Part shown: piece by piece, positions 62,832-64,000 of the stretch | Numbering within the stretch: the stretch's first letter is position 1 | How the letters are laid out: each line of letters begins with the position of its first letter | DNA from: Neoconidiobolus thromboides FSU 785 | Lineage: Eukaryota; Fungi; Entomophthoromycota | Reading direction: 5' to 3' | Assembly (NCBI GenBank): GCA_025603075.1 | Contig: MU626313.1 | Location: 1-64,000, forward strand | DNA: 64,000 nt | Translations under genes and position numbers: made by a program | Notes under the pieces: generated by a model | The model's input: only the letters and a program-made list of their open reading frames with translations | Told to the model about the DNA's origin: nothing | The model's database searches: none

Positions 62832-64000
62832 ATGGTGCAAAGTATTTTAGTTCAAGATCAAGAACCACCTCCATTAGTTGTAGTAGAAGGTTTTTTGGGC
62901 TCTAAAGACCGATGTTATTGGAACAACTTTCTAAAATGTCAATATAAAATAAAAGGTAATCTTGTGAGAAGGGTTCTATTTGTAAGATTGGGCTCCTTAT
63001 CTTCAGTACATGATAGATGCTGCGAATTATACTATCAACTTAAGGGCGGTACCGTTGATTTTGGTGAGGAGCATAGCTTACAAATGGGGCATAAAAGGTA
63101 TGGAAGAACTTACCCAGGACTTTATCCAAAATGGTCTGATAAATATCCTTTGCATATACTCGGTCATTCTTTAGGTGGCTTAACATGTGTTCGTTTTCAG
63201 CGTATGCTAGCTGATTGCTATTTTGATACAGCCACGAGTGAAAATTGGATTAAATCCGTCACTACTTTTTCTACTCCACATAGGGGCTCTACTTTACCGT
63301 ATACAATTGGTGCTAGTGAAATAAACCCTATTGATGTCAATCCGTTCTCAGTTGGAGCTTTTCTTTACAGATTTGCATACATAATATCTTGGTTTGGGTT
63401 TCAAAATATTGACTTACAGCTAGATCATTGGGAATTATATAAATATCCATTTTGGCAATTTTTGTATAACCTTATATTTAGATTTCAATTTGATAAAGGA
63501 TTTGACAATGCCGCTTCTGATCTCACTTTAAGTTTTTGTGAAAATTATAATCAAAAATATTCTAAAGAGTTCAAAAGCACTTATTATCGCTCATATTCCG
63601 CTTCCATGTCTTATAAAGTCAACCAATATTACTATCCCATTTTAAACTGGAGTAGACCATTTAGAACCATTTTATTTTCAATGATATTGGGTACTTATTC
63701 CTTTAAAGCAAAAGATAAAGTAGATGAAGAGTGGAGGGATAACGATGGGGTTATACCTGTGATATCTCAATATCACCCGAAATCATGTAAAGACCAAAAT
63801 TGTATTCACTTAAAGTATAAAAAAGCCGAAAAAATCTTATACCAACCTTTGTTTAGTCAAATTCAACCTGGTATTTGGTATACAATTGAAATTGAAGATG
63901 CTTGTCATTTCAATGTCATTCGTTCTAAAAATAAAATATCCAAAGAACATCAGGTGCTATTAATGGATATTTGGGTGTATTTAAATCAAATCGATACAAA
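62832..64000 (+). CDS. Alpha/beta-hydrolase lipase (family I.5/I.6-like), runs off the window end
   Basis: Open frame from ATG 62832 to the window end: SLSSVHDRCCELYYQLKGGTVDFGEEHSLQMGHKRYGRTYPGLYP, GHSLGG nucleophile elbow, STPHRGS, NDGVIP. Confidence 0.9.
   Translation, partial: MVQSILVQDQEPPPLVVVEGFLGSKDRCYWNNFLKCQYKIKGNLVRRVLFVRLGSLSSVHDRCCELYYQLKGGTVDFGEEHSLQMGHKRYGRTYPGLYPKWSDKYPLHILGHSLGGLTCVRFQRMLADCYFDTATSENWIKSVTTFSTPHRGSTLPYTIGASEINPIDVNPFSVGAFLYRFAYIISWFGFQNIDLQLDHWELYKYPFWQFLYNLIFRFQFDKGFDNAASDLTLSFCENYNQKYSKEFKSTYYRSYSASMSYKVNQYYYPILNWSRPFRTILFSMILGTYSFKAKDKVDEEWRDNDGVIPVISQYHPKSCKDQNCIHLKYKKAEKILYQPLFSQIQPGIWYTIEIEDACHFNVIRSKNKISKEHQVLLMDIWVYLNQIDT

Overview
AT-rich eukaryotic genomic DNA from a fungus, with short introns (about 45-60 nt). 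The compact introns, F-box/LRR gene, P450 and high AT content suggest an early-diverging lineage such as Entomophthorales, but that is inference. About 20 protein-coding genes are supported. Conserved ones are SEC20, an RPC31-like Pol III subunit, an LLP/DUF2423 protein, a HAL/SAT4-family kinase, an NmrA-like reductase, a GMC oxidoreductase, CNS1, a short BOS1-like SNARE, a CLC channel, a CLEC16A/FPL protein, ETF-beta, RAD9, an F-box protein and a lipase. Three need splicing that the ORF track misses or splits: PIG-Y (with a GC-AG intron), a RING-H2/coiled-coil protein and a large TFIIB-core protein. There are two identical tRNA-Gln(TTG) genes and a P450 with a decayed 5' half. The most striking content is a three-layer mobile-element system. 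(1) Three copies of a Sola-like DDD transposon, one with both TIRs. (2) About 30 copies of a ~98-bp MITE with GRG...CYC termini and 4-bp A-W-N-T target duplications. (3) Three ~464-bp TG...CA solo-LTR-like elements, each inserted at a different site inside a Sola copy and all in the same orientation relative to the host. No rRNA or CRISPR array was seen. All assignments come from reading motifs by eye; no database searches were run.
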